Source: Octopus vulgaris
Taxonomy: Eukaryota
DNA: 64,000 nucleotides
Direction: 5' to 3'
NCBI GenBank assembly: GCA_951406725.2
Contig: OX597818.1
Location: 53,072,001 to 53,136,000 of the forward strand
Shown in pieces: positions 13,132-26,844 of this stretch; within the stretch, counting starts at the first letter, position 1, and the number at the start of each line of letters is the position of its first letter. The position numbers and the translations under genes were made by a program. The notes beneath the pieces were generated by a model. The model was not told where the DNA came from. It worked only from the letters and a program-made list of their open reading frames with translations, and ran no database searches.

Positions 13132-13724
13132 TTAAGATACTGTCATAATTTGTGAATATTTCCATACATGCAATAAAGACATCCATTGCACCTGTAGCGT
13201 CAGACAACACCTTTACTCATTCATGCATATGAATGCTCTTTAAATGTGGTGTATTTTGTTGGGTCATCAAGGAGGCGTTGAGAGATAGTGGGAGGTGGGG
13301 TGACAACTGAAAAAGTTTGAGAAATATGGATTAGAATTTTCTCTTGTTGCTTCGCTTATGAACCAGTAGTATACTAACGCGATTCAATCAACTACTTGAC
13401 GCTTACAAAATTACAAATTGGCTTCGTGCAAAGTGAAAATTAACGATAAAAATTTTTAATAGAGAAAAGAATTACAATTAACATTTCGCAGATAAACGTT
13501 GGAAATCCATTAACATAGCTTATTAGCAAAAGTTATACCGAATTATGAAAACGAAACCACTTGCAACCAATGAGAAAGGTTTTCTATTTATTCACTCGAA
13601 ATACAAAACAAAAAGACAACAAATCTTCCACAAATAATTACATACCGTACTCTGACTAAAGAAAGACCCACACTGAATAATACATGTGTGTGTGTATGTA
13701 TGTATGTGTGTGTGTGTGTGTGTT

Positions 13725-13759
<35 letters not shown>

Positions 13760-13910
13760 GTGGTCCGGAATCGCTTGACAACCAGTGTTGTTTAGCTTAT
13801 GTCTCCGTCAATTAGCAGTCCGGGAAAAAGAGACCAATAGAATAAGTTAAAAGCTTTACAAAAAATAAATACTTGCGGTCGATTCGTTTGACTAATACTG
13901 TTCAAGGCGG

Positions 13911-14315
13911 AAAGGCGGCGACCTGGCAGAATCGTTAGCACGCCGGGTAAAATGCTTAGCGGCATTTCGTCTGCCGCTACATTCTGAGTTCAAATTCCGT
14001 CGAGGTCGACTTTGCTTTTCATCCTTTCGGGGTCGATAAATTAAGTACCTATTACGCACTGGGATCGATGTAATCGACTTAATACCTATGTCTGTCCTTG
14101 TTTGTCCCCTCCGTGTTTAGCCCCTTGTGGGTAGTAAAGAAATAGATATTTCGTCTGCCGCTACGTTCTGAGTTCAAATTCCGCCGAGGTCGACTTTGCC
14201 TTTCATCCTTTCGATGTCGATAAATTAAGTACCAGTTACGCACTGGTACGTAACGGCAGACGAAATACGGCTACGCATTTTGCCCGGTCTGCTAACGTTT
14301 CTGCCACCTCGCCAC
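13911..14315 (+). mobile_element. SINE family B dimer with inverted head fragment at 3' end
   Basis: Two units, then a reverse head piece at 14248-14315. Confidence 0.8.
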
Positions 14316-14495
14316 GTACTTATTCTATCGATTGCTTATCTTTACCGAAACACAGAGAGGACAAAGATTAGACGCGAATGCGCGTGCGCAAGTAGTCAGG
14401 CTCGTCTACACATGTTTGTGCATATATATTTAAATATATATATATATATATATATATAAATATATGTGTGTGTGTAAGTGCACGTGTGTGAGTGC

Positions 14496-14579
<84 letters not shown>

Positions 14580-14883
14580 ACGTGCATGTATATGTCCATG
14601 TAAGTCACTAGGTATATATTGTGTGAGATACACACAGACATACTCATCATAGAATTTGCCGCAAATGCCACCAGTTGTCTTACGCAAATATATTGGAGAA
14701 TCAGAGAGAAGTCTGTTCACACACACACACACACACACGTAAACCCGATGCCGACATCTTTCGGATAGTACTGGTGGAAATATTTTCCCACTTTCAATAT
14801 TTTCCATTTTTCCACAAACAATATAACACCCACGACGACATTGGAGAGAATGGCTTTTCATGCCACTTATATATTTATTATTC

Positions 14884-14922
<39 letters not shown>

Positions 14923-15023
14923 CGATCTCTGCGGTGTTGCAATCTTCATTATAACGTTTTTGTGTAGGAGGCCCACAATGGGCAACAATATTAATATATA
15001 TATATATATTATATAGAATAATA

Positions 15024-15077
<54 letters not shown>

Positions 15078-15468
15078 TACTTTTTACTTTTATTTCTATT
15101 TTTACTTTATAACCTTATGCCTTTACATTCATTTATATTTCTTTATATTCTTTATATCCCCTTTATATCTCCTTATATCTCTTTATATCTTTATACTCTA
15201 CATTTTTGTATTTTTCTATACTTACACTTTTTATACATTTTTTATCCCTCGTCCTGAATTCTCGCCCCTCCATCTTCACGTCTATATATGTATTTATTTA
15301 TTTACATTACTTCAACATCCAAATTTCCTCATTCTACATTGAGAGAAGAAAGAGATGGACGCTTCAATTCTATGCTGTTGCCGCATTATGTCGTACGCGA
15401 ATGAGAAAATTTGCATCCCCAACCAAGAATTTTTGATGTAACACATGTCCTTGTGGAAGCTGTTGTGC

Positions 15469-15546
15469 GCGGCTGAAGAAGGTCACAGACATACATTATG
15501 CATTGTTATAAATCTGTCTAATAAAGGCCCGAAACATATGTACCGC
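15469..15546 (+). ncRNA. Minimal type-I hammerhead ribozyme with extended stem II
   Basis: Stem I GCGG/CCGC; CTGAAGA 15473-79 plus an extra A; stem II GGTC...GGCC with internal ACAGA/TCTGT; GAAA 15531-34; palindrome ACATATGT; GUA site. Confidence 0.8.
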
Positions 15547-15648
15547 TGAATCCTTGGCATCATGTTTTTATTTTGATCAATTTACTCCACCACCTACACC
15601 ACCAAACGGTATACATAGGTGCTTATAATTATCAAGTACTCACCCCGA

Positions 15649-15691
<43 letters not shown>

Positions 15692-15815
15692 TACATATAT
15701 ATATATATGTACATACATACATACATACATACATACATACATACATACATACATACATACATACATACATACATACATACATACATACAAACATACGTAC
15801 ATACATACATATATA

Positions 15816-16654
15816 CAGTGTGTCTCCAAAGTCATTGAGGGTTTCAATTTTTAATAACTTCCTTAATTTTGCAAATAAATGCATGAAATGTTGATATAAT
15901 ATAAAGGACGTAACTGCAATTAATATGCACATGTCAAATTTTGCAACATCATGTAGGAAAAATGACATCGATTTTAGGCTTCGAACGCCCGTGTTTTTTC
16001 CAAAACTTGTACCATGACACCCTCAAGAGTTTAAAACCCCACCTCTCTGATTTCTCTATTGATGTTCTCCTTCAGTTGCACCAAGGTCACCGATTTGTTA
16101 AGGTATCCCCATTAGAAAAAATCCGGGCTAGTCAAGTCTGGGGAACGTGAAGGCCAGTTGGCCTTGCCGTACCGGGAGATTATTCTCTCTCCAAAGCACT
16201 GCCGTAGCAACTGCCTTGTTTCTGTTGCGTTATGAGCAGTTGCTCCACCTTGCTGGAACCACGTGCGAGGTTTACTTTGAATGGCCTATACATTCCTCAG
16301 ATTGACTGAGCCGAATTTTTTCTTGTAGGGATATCTTTAAAATAGGGTTTACGTCAACAAACCGGAAACCCTGGTACAACAGAAGGAGAACATCAGTAGA
16401 CAAATCAGAGAATTGGAGTCTGAAACTCTTGAGTGTGTTATGGTGTAAGTTTTGGAAAAAAAATACGGGCATGCGAAGGCAAAAATGGCCGCCATTTACG
16501 CGATGTCATTTTTCATATGCGATGTAGTGGTGTTCCAAAATTTGACTTGTGCATATTAATTGCAGTTATGTCCTTTATATTGTTACAAAATTTCATATAT
16601 TTATTTGTAAAATTAAGGATGTTATTATAAATTGAAGCCCCTCAGTAACACGTG
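15816..16654. mobile_element. Tc1/mariner-derived fold-back element
   Basis: TA|CAGTG...TG|TA ends; ~350-bp inverted arms, each carrying a decayed WP.RSPDL..PDFFL.GYL motif; WFQQGGATAH on the minus strand near 16230-16262. Confidence 0.7.
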
Positions 16655-16800
16655 TATATATATATTAGAAGGTTTGGAGATGATGTACAGGTATTTTATA
16701 TTAGAAGAAATGAGGTACTCAGAAATTCGGATGGTCTTATATTTACAGATATTTATTTGTATATTACATGTTTTTATACATCATATATCATATATCGTAT

Positions 16801-16842
16801 ATATTAGCGCTTTCGTCCATTCTAGTGGAGTTTTCAAATTGA
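16801..16842 (-). ncRNA. Decayed or variant hammerhead motif
   Basis: Minus strand: TTGAAAA-C-TCCA-CTAGAA-TGGA-C-GAAA-GCGC-TA (palindrome AGCGCT). Confidence 0.45.
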
Positions 16843-16926
16843 ACTAAGTTCTTGGGGAAAATTTTGACTATTTTTAAAGTGTTATTGAGTGTGTAGTGGT
16901 ATATATAAATATATATATATATATAA

Positions 16927-17133
16927 AGTTAATCCAAACAAGAAAGCACAAAAAACACAACAACGCGAGGACGTGGAACAAATATAGTATTATTGGACGC
17001 TCAGGAAAGAAGGAAAGGAGGAGGGTCTAACGTTTCGAGCGGAGCTCTTCGTCGGAAACATAGGAGAAGGAAAGATCCAGAGAAGGGAAGACAGAGGGAA
17101 AAACATCGCCAACGGTTCACACGAGGTCACATT
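16927..17133 (-). mobile_element. Hammerhead cassette family A copy
   Basis: Reverse copy; motif GTTT-CCGACGA-A-GAGC-TCC-GCTC-GAAACGTT-AGAC at 17025-59; TA-flanked. Confidence 0.75.
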
Positions 17134-17613
17134 TTGAAATATATATATATGCTACATTTGTGTTCTTTTGTTTTTTAATTTGGAGTTAATTTTCAACGGC
17201 CACATGGTATCAAGATTTGTGGATGCACACATTTCGTTTTGTTCATGATACTTTAAAACTGAAGCGCTTCCAGACTCTTATTGCATAAATGCATATATGC
17301 ACGCGCGCGTGTGTAAACGGTCATCGACTCGCCTCGATTCTAATCTGGTGTGTGACAGGTTCTGCTTTCGTATTCGGTGGGTATCCTAAAAGCACTCTCT
17401 ACACAAGACTAGTTATGGTGGGAATTGCTGATTAAGCAGACCATGGAAAAAGCCATGGTATGTGCTGGCTTACGTGGTTCTCTGATAAGCCTCTGCTTGC
17501 CAGATCTCTTAAACTGACATTCCTACAGACATAGATACATATGTACATTATTACATATTGGTACATATTCAAGCGTATATACCTAGACAGATGAATGCAG
17601 ATATATATATATA

Positions 17614-17743
17614 TACCCTGATGTAATCTCCAGGGATACAGGCATCCAGCAACAGGACCTCCGTAATGCCATGATGGACCGTGAAGTCTGGCGTAGCATG
17701 GTAAATTCCATCGTCTCGACCACGGTCGAACAATGATGATGAT
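17614..17743 (+). mobile_element. RTE-clade LINE extreme 3' end
   Basis: YPDVISRDTGIQQQDLRNAMMDREVWRSMV* with (TGA)n tail. Confidence 0.7.
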
Positions 17744-17744
17744 A

Positions 17745-17768
17745 TATATATATATATTTATTTATATA

Positions 17769-17836
<68 letters not shown>

Positions 17837-17899
17837 CTTATATTCCTACATACGCGTACATGCGCACCTGCATACAAACATACATACATACATACAACT

Positions 17900-17938
<39 letters not shown>

Positions 17939-17941
17939 CAA

Positions 17942-18015
<74 letters not shown>

Positions 18016-18402
18016 CAGACCTACATTGGCGCATACACATTCAAACACTCATAATTGTTTGCCTACTTCCCAATTAATTCTTTTTACAACCATTGGATAA
18101 ATGTACATACATATAAATATACACACACTCACACGCACATATATATATATACGTGTACATAATATATATGTATGGATATATATATATAATGTTTACATAT
18201 ATATACATACATACATCCATATACATGTGTGTGTGTGTGTGTTTTCCGTTCTTCTCTTCTTTTGCTTCTTTTTTTCTTTCTCTCTCTCCAAAGGTCAAAA
18301 TGAGACATTGTCCTTGTGCTCGTACTTTATGATGTGTGCGTGTATGTGTATGTGTATGAGTGTATGTGCGTGTGTGATGTGTGTGCGATGTATGTGTATA
18401 TG

Positions 18403-18465
<63 letters not shown>

Positions 18466-18554
18466 GTGTGTGTGTGTGTATATATATGTGTGTGTGTGTG
18501 TGTGTATATATGTGTGTGTGTGTGTGTGTGTGTGATGTGTGTGCGATGTATGTG

Positions 18555-18585
<31 letters not shown>

Positions 18586-18630
18586 ATGTGTGTGTGTGTG
18601 TGTATGTGTGTGTAAGTGTGCGTGTGTGTG
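17745..18630. repeat. Compound (TA)/(TG)/(CA) microsatellite region
   Basis: Direct reading. Confidence 0.93.
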
Positions 18631-19044
18631 CTGCTTGCTTTTAATAGCCAAGATATTTGATCACACTTTTCATTACGTTCCCAACATTGAACTATCAAAA
18701 CAATCCTTTGTTTACTCATGTCTTATAACCATTTGTTTTCTTACCACCACCACCACCACCACCACCACCACCTCCACCACCACCATCATCATCATCATCA
18801 TTATTATTATTAGTTTGGTCTTTGTGGATATTGTTTGATGTTGTTATTGTAATTATTGGCATTGTTTTATTTTATTTTATTTCAGTTTATTTTATTTTTT
18901 TACAATTGTTGTTCACGAAATTCTTTCGGTAGTGGTGGTCGTGATGGGGGTGGTCGGTCGGTTGTAACGATCATAGTACTTATAACTCCTTTGCGGTTGC
19001 TACCCCTTCCCCTGCTCTGCTCTCCCCTCCAGCCCGTACCATCA

Positions 19045-19096
<52 letters not shown>

Positions 19097-19484
19097 GCAC
19101 ACACACATATATACACTCAGTCGACGCCGATGCCATCCTAACTGTCTGCCGGTTGATAGAGGTGGGCGAGGGAAGAGGGCCTCATTTACAACAGTTCCGC
19201 TGAGAAGTTCAACTGAAACGGCATATTTTCAGGATATTGACCCCGGAAGGTTTTAATGGCAAGCAAGGCGACTCAGTCATGTCCCACTGGTATTTGAACT
19301 TAGAATAACGAGAATTGCATTATGAATGACATTTTCTCATTTCTCATTTTCGTCAATCACCATCTTTAATCTTTTACTTAAGTTAGTCACTGAGTCTCGG
19401 CCATGCTAGAGCAATCATCTTGAACGATTTAGTCGAATGAATTCCTCTCTGTTCTTTATATATTCTTTTATTATTTTATCTCTC

Positions 19485-19699
19485 TTTTACTCTTTTACTC
19501 TTTTACTTGTTTCAGTCATTTGACTGCGGCCATGTTGGAACACCGCCTTTAGTCGAGCAAATCGACCCCGGGACTTATTCTTTGTAAGCCCAGTACTTAT
19601 TCTATCGGTCTCTTTTAGCCGAACCGCTAAGTTACGGGGACGTAAACACACCAGTATCGGTTGTCAAGCAATGCTAGGGGGACAAACACAGACACACAA

Positions 19700-19744
<45 letters not shown>

Positions 19745-19912
19745 CATATATACGACAGGCTTCTTTCAGTTTCCGTCTACCAAATCCACTCACAAGGCAT
19801 TGGTCGGCCCGGGGCTATAGCAGAAGACACTTGCCCAAGATGCCACGCAGTGGGACTGAACCCGGAACCATGTGGTTGGTTAGCAAGCTACTTACCACAC
19901 AACCACTCCTGC
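19485..19912 (-). mobile_element. SINE family A
   Basis: Full copy. Confidence 0.9.
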
Positions 19913-20142
19913 ATTCTTTTATTATTTTATCTGTTTCAGTAAATTTGACTGCGGCCAGGCCACGCTGGAGCACCGCCTCTAGTCGCACAAATCGACCCCA
20001 GGACTTATTGGTTGTAAGCCCTAGTATTTATTCCATCGGTCTCTTTTGCCGAACTGCTAATTTTACGGGGACAAACACAGACGCACAAACATATATACAC
20101 ACACACACGCACACACACACACACACGCACACGCACGCACAC

Positions 20143-20194
<52 letters not shown>

Positions 20195-20405
20195 ATCCCT
20201 CGCTACATCGTGATTCACCTATCGCGCACTGAGTACATCGCGGATTTTTTCTGGCTAATATATGTAAATTTATATCGGGTCTCCTCAGTATATCGCAGGT
20301 TTCTACAGCTGATAGCTATTTATATTTGTTTAGATTTTAAATATTTTTGCGGGACGTTTTGGTACACGTAACATCCGTGATAGACGAGAGATCACTGTAT
20401 GTATA

Positions 20406-20441
<36 letters not shown>

Positions 20442-20487
20442 TGTATGTATGTATGTATGTATGTATGTATGTATGTATGTATGTATG

Positions 20488-20537
<50 letters not shown>

Positions 20538-20618
20538 CGTGATCACCGTGATATCACGGTGATATATATGTATATATATATATATATATATAAATACATA
20601 CATACATACATACATATA

Positions 20619-20666
<48 letters not shown>

Positions 20667-20743
20667 CAAACATATACATACATACATATACGTACATATC
20701 TCGTCTATCGCGGGTGTTATATATATATATGCATACACACACA

Positions 20744-20779
<36 letters not shown>

Positions 20780-21386
20780 TGTATGTATGTATGTATGTAT
20801 GTATGTATGTATAAATATATATATCGATGCTATTATATAAAAGTGTCGTTAAGTCGAAAACATTGTGTTTGCAGAAAACGAAAAAGTAGTTTCATCATTC
20901 CGTAGCAGAGCTGTTGTAATACACTTTGATGATTTTTCATATCTTGGCATCTGAATCAGCTGGAGATACGATAGTTTGACCAAAACAAACGGCTATTGCA
21001 AGTAACAATAAATATTGAAAAAAAAAAAGAACCCAAAAATGCATTTGGCCAAATTTGGACATAAAACAGTTTAAGATAACAGCAACGATATATGTATGTA
21101 TATATATATATATGTATGTAAGTATGTATATCAAAAATGAGCTTAAGAAGATATATTGCTCAGGAGGGTACCGTATTTTCTTTCGGATGGGCTTCAGATG
21201 ACGGCTACCCACAACGGTCCGTATGTAGAACTCAAGCTAACATTGAGTTGTTAGACACTGTTAACTTCTCTCGATAGGTAGTTCCATGTGTCTATTAAAT
21301 AAAATTCTTGGATGTCCATTCTCCTTATCCTGGAGATAAGGAGTATTGAGAATCTCCATTCTCCTTATCCTGCTGGAGCAGCACCA

Positions 21387-21421
<35 letters not shown>

Positions 21422-21434
21422 TAGATAGATAGAC

Positions 21435-21584
<150 letters not shown>

Positions 21585-21592
21585 GTAGATAG

Positions 21593-21623
<31 letters not shown>

Positions 21624-21627
21624 GATA

Positions 21628-22579
21628 TGTTTCTTTATTAGCCACACAGGGCTGCACACAGATAGAACAAATTACAAGGTAGAGCTTTTCTTTTGAAGGT
21701 TTAAGAAAAAAAAAAAAAGGAAGGGGGAGTTTCGATCAAAAGGGATCGTAAAAGGAGAGAAAGAGGACAAAAAAGGGGGGTTTAAAAAAAAGGGGGAGGG
21801 GAGGAAAAAAAAATTGATCAATAGGGATCGTTATCACAGAAATGTCAATATGAAGTGTAAAGGGGAGGACAGGTGAGGTTTACCCGTGGAAAGAAAAGCC
21901 TACGGAAAAGACCACGGTAACCTCGGTCAATGAAGTCACATTTTATATTTCTTTTTTTTTTTTTTTTTGCAAATAAGCAACTCTCTGTTTTCGATTTCTG
22001 GGTTCATAGGACTATGCTCAAGGTGGCTTCGTCATTCATACGTGCCATTCTTGCTACATTCACCCATCTTTTTTTAAAACATTCGCTAGACAAAACTTGC
22101 CTCTCTACTCTCACTTTCCTTTTCAAGTGGTACTTGAAGAAGTTGATGAGAGATTGACCAGAGAGGAAAGTGTTTGTCTCCAATCCTTTCAGACGCGTCC
22201 ACCAGATACATTCTTTCGCCATAGCCACAAGGATGATGAAAATAGCTCTTCCTTCCCGTTTGAAGGAAGGAGGCGTGACAATATTGACGATAGACTCAGC
22301 TGATAAACCGACTCGTCCCACACGTGACAGCAGTTGTTCGACATAAGCCCACAGGTCGGAAATTGTTGGACACTGAACGAGTGCGTGCAGAACGGTTTCG
22401 TCGCTCTGACCGCATCTCGGGCAGGTCGGCCCCGTGTTTCTCGAGCCGTGTCTGTAGAGCTTATCCCGAACGGGTAGCGCTTCTCGGTAGCACTGCCAGG
22501 CCAGGGATCTCTGGAAGTTGTCCATGGGCTCTGGCCCGAAAGTCGTCCTGAACAGGCGGGTCAGGTACTCCTCGTCGAC
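21628..22579 (-). mobile_element. 5'-truncated Tx1/L1-like LINE (ORF2 zf-RVT C-terminus and 3'UTR) inserted in (GATA)n
   Basis: Open frame W.CYREALPVRDKL...CPRCGQSDETVLHALVQC...W to stop at 22004; 3'UTR ends AATAAAGAAACA; (TATC)n on both sides. Confidence 0.85.
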
Positions 22580-22712
<133 letters not shown>

Positions 22713-22727
22713 CAGATAAATAGATAG

Positions 22728-22786
<59 letters not shown>

Positions 22787-23432
22787 GATAGATAGATAGG
22801 TAGATAGATACATCGAGGGAAAGAAAGCAATAGGGAGACAGACAGAGATAAAAAGAGAGAGAACCAAGGAGAGTAAGGTGGACGCTCACTACGCATGCGC
22901 GCGTTCGCCTACCGTTTCCGTCTATCATGTTCACTCACATGGCATTAGTTCGGAGGTCATAGGAGAAAAATAAGACACTGCACAGTGGGACTGAACCCAA
23001 AGCTACCTTCTGGCGAACTGAGCTGCTCTAACTACGTCGCTATACTTCAACAACCACCTACCAATCCCAGCTTTGGTAATTCGATACAGGGTTGGCAGCA
23101 TCTTTGACTGAGGTATTTAGTTACAAGCCTTTATGTTTTGAGTTCAAATTCCACTGACGCGTACGTGTGTGTCTTTGCGTTTGTGTATAACCTCCAACAC
23201 CACTTGACAACTTTTAACTCTTTTACTTTTTTACTTGTGTCAGCCATTTTCACCGTGGCCATGCTGGAGCACCGCATCTAGTCGAACAATTCTAGTCGTA
23301 AGCCTTGTATTTAATATATCGGTCTCTTTTGCTAAACTGTTAAGCTGCGGGGGGGGGGGGGCGTAAACACACCAACATCGGTTGACAAGCGATGATGGAG
23401 GGACAAACACGGACACACATATACATACATAT

Positions 23433-23576
23433 AGGCGCAGGAGTGGTAAGTAGCTTGCTTACCAACTACATTGTTCCGGGTTCAGTCCCACTGCGTGGCA
23501 CCTTGGGCCTCGAGCCTCGGGCTGACCAAAGCCTTGTGAGTGGATTTAGTAGACGGAAACTGAAAGAAGCCTGTCG

Positions 23577-23617
<41 letters not shown>

Positions 23618-23824
23618 ATGTTTGTGTGTCTGTGTTTGTCCCCACCAATCGATTGAAAGCGGATGTTGGTGCATTTACATCCAAGTAACCTAGCGGTTCG
23701 GCCAAAGAAACGGATAAAATAAGTAACAGGCTTAGAACGATAAGTATTGGAATCGATTCACGAAATATTCGCCAAGGCGGTGCTCCAGCTTGGTTCCACT
23801 CTAATAACTGAAATGAGTAAAAGA
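23433..23824 (+). mobile_element. SINE family A (diverged)
   Basis: Head-to-tail with small deletions. Confidence 0.8.
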
Positions 23825-24514
23825 CATATATGTATGTATATTTATATAGTCAAATTGAATAATCGAACATTAAAAATAACAATAGGAAAATAAACAAGAG
23901 GACACGCACATGGAATGTATTTATTTGACGCTCGGTAAAGGCGGGAAAAGAGAAGGTTATTGATGCTTCGTGCAAAGGTTCTTCGTCAGAAAGGAAAATG
24001 GAAAAGTCCAGAGAAGGGAAAATAGCACCAACAGCACGTGTGTAGTTACATGGCTATTCATACACACGCACAGTGTGTTTATGTCCCCGTAACTTAGCGG
24101 TTCAGCAAAAGAGACCGATAGAATAAGTACTAAGCTTACAAAGAATAAGCCCCGGGGTCGATTTGCTCGACTAAAGGCGGTGCTCCTGCATGGCCGCAGT
24201 CAGATGCCTGAAACAAATAAAAGAGAGTAAAAGAGAGTATATATATCAATGTGCATGTGTGTTTGTGTCTGTCACCCACCCCCCAGCTCCACCGCTTGAC
24301 AATAGGTGCTGGTGCATTCACGTCCCCGGTAACTTGGCGGTTCGGCCTAAGAAACCGATGGAATATATACGAGGCTTTAGAAACAAAATAAGTAGCGGGT
24401 TTGATACATTCGACTAAAAGTTCTTCAAGGCAGTGCCCCAGCATGACCGTAGTCAATGAAAACATGTAAAAGATTGTAGAGGAAAGCCTACTTTTCGTCG
24501 ACAGCCACGATTGT

Positions 24515-24559
24515 CACACGCTGATGACGGGTCAATACCTAGAAACTCGAGTCCGTGTG
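24515..24559 (+). ncRNA. Minimal type-I hammerhead ribozyme (canonical core, GUC site)
   Basis: Stem I CACACG/CGTGTG; CTGATGA 24521-27; stem II GGGT-CAAT-ACCT; GAAA 24542-45; palindromic stem III ACTCGAGT; predicted cleavage after C24553. Confidence 0.85.
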
Positions 24560-25684
24560 TATCATAGGTTGAAGACGGAAAGGATGGCTTCCCTTTGTAA
24601 ATACTGATAGGGCACAGAAAGTGTGTCTATAGCCAGCTGGAGGAGGTGTCCTCCTGGGGCTACAAGCTACAGTAGCATCCACCCTTAGGGATTAGCCATA
24701 TCTAAATGGCGAATATACTTCACGATGTGTTGCAGCTACTGCTTATACCTCGCTCAGAGATTTATTTTTGCTTATATAAAAGATTATTAATTAATTATCA
24801 TTAACTATCAGGTAAAAGCTAATTTTGAAGCGAATCCTTGTGCTGAATCTCAAATACAATAAGCATTTTCTTTCCCAAAAATTGTTGGTAGTATGTTCAT
24901 ATATTGTGCTATGTGCTGTTCAAAGGAATGACGTTTCCTTCACATGTTTCACGTCACAGTTGCGTCATTTCGTACACTTCAAAGCGATTTGACACTCAAG
25001 CGTTTTAACACGTTTCATATATAACAAATATACAAGCTAGAGTAAAGATTATGGTTTGCCTGTATGCACAGAAAGTAATTCATGAGAAAAATGAAAGCGA
25101 GGGGGAAAAAAACTGGAGTAAAAACTATAGCTTTATTGTGCTAACGTTGTTGTTGTTTTTCTAGGTTTATAAAGTAATGTCATACAAAACTAGCACTTAT
25201 TCGCTAGAAATTCGTTTAAAACCAATGACGAAAGCAGATTTCTTAATTTAACCTAAATCACGTTTATGACATCTCTGTCTACCCGTCTGTGTGCCAAACT
25301 ATTTATCTCTCCACACACACAAACATATACACACATACTCACATACATTCATACACTCATACACACAGACACACCTACACAAGCAGGCGCAGACACAGCA
25401 CTAACATACTTATGTATTGGTCAAAATGTGGGAGAGAGAAAGACTGATATAAACACAGAGGAAGAGAAAAAGAGAGAGAAAGAGAGAGAGAGAAGGCGTT
25501 GCTGACAGTGTACGCGTGTGACAAAAAGAATGAGACGGCCAAATCAGATTCTTGGACAAAATGTAACAAGAAAAGTTACAAAACGGATTGCAACCACAAT
25601 AGACTGACCAACCGTACGTGGCTACATTTAAGATGGTGGATTTTTTTCTTACAGTTATCCACAAATGTATTAGGAACCGCACAG

Positions 25685-25895
25685 ATAGATCCTTTTTTCT
25701 CTCCTTTTTTTTCTCTCTTTTTCTTTCTCTCCTTGTTTTTCTCCTTATTTTTTTCTGTGTCCCTTTCTGTAGAAGAGCATTGGCTCGAAACGTAAAAGCC
25801 CTTTTCTATTCCTGAGCGTTATACTAATACATCAGTTTGTTTTGTACATCACCTGTCTCCGTCTTTTGTTGTTTTTTTTTTTCGTAAAATCTCAC
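25685..25895 (+). mobile_element. Cassette family B copy
   Basis: CTTT-CTGTAGA-A-GAGC-ATTG-GCTC-GAAACGTA-AAAG at 25763-98. Confidence 0.7.
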
Positions 25896-25955
<60 letters not shown>

Positions 25956-25956
25956 C

Positions 25957-26050
<94 letters not shown>

Positions 26051-26051
26051 G

Positions 26052-26385
26052 CAGGCAGGTCCAGGATTTTGGAAATTACCCAGTAAACATATTGTGCTGC
26101 TCTATCATGCATGTTAAGATACTTTGTAGGCACAAGAAGACTGCACATGGAAACAACATGTTCAATAGTTTCATTTTGTTGTTTACATACACGACACATT
26201 GGGCTACTGCCGTTCTTTAATATATTGGCCTGATAGTTCTTATAGGTAGGCATTGATCTTGGGCTGCTATGATAAACCTTCTGTTTCTGATTTTAAGCCA
26301 GAAGACTTCGGCACTATTAGCTCTCTTTGGGTACTTGCCAATGAGTGCAAGAATATCTGAGGCAGCAGTTTTTAGCGCGGCTTAG
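26052..26385 (-). mobile_element. Second R4/Dong-like LINE fragment (zinc knuckle)
   Basis: [28 protein letters not shown]; bounded by (TAA)n and (GATA)n. Confidence 0.75.
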
Positions 26386-26386
26386 C

Positions 26387-26453
<67 letters not shown>

Positions 26454-26479
26454 CATCATCATCATCCTCATCATCATAA

Positions 26480-26546
<67 letters not shown>

Positions 26547-26572
26547 CATCATCATCATCATCATCATCATAA

Positions 26573-26639
<67 letters not shown>

Positions 26640-26647
26640 CATCATAA

Positions 26648-26684
<37 letters not shown>

Positions 26685-26692
26685 CATCATAA

Positions 26693-26738
<46 letters not shown>

Positions 26739-26764
26739 CATCATCATCATCATCATCATCATAA

Positions 26765-26841
<77 letters not shown>
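26387..26841. repeat. (TTA)n/(TCA)n compound microsatellite
   Basis: Direct reading; higher-order repeat of a CATCATAATCATT motif. Confidence 0.97.
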
Positions 26842-26844
<3 letters not shown>

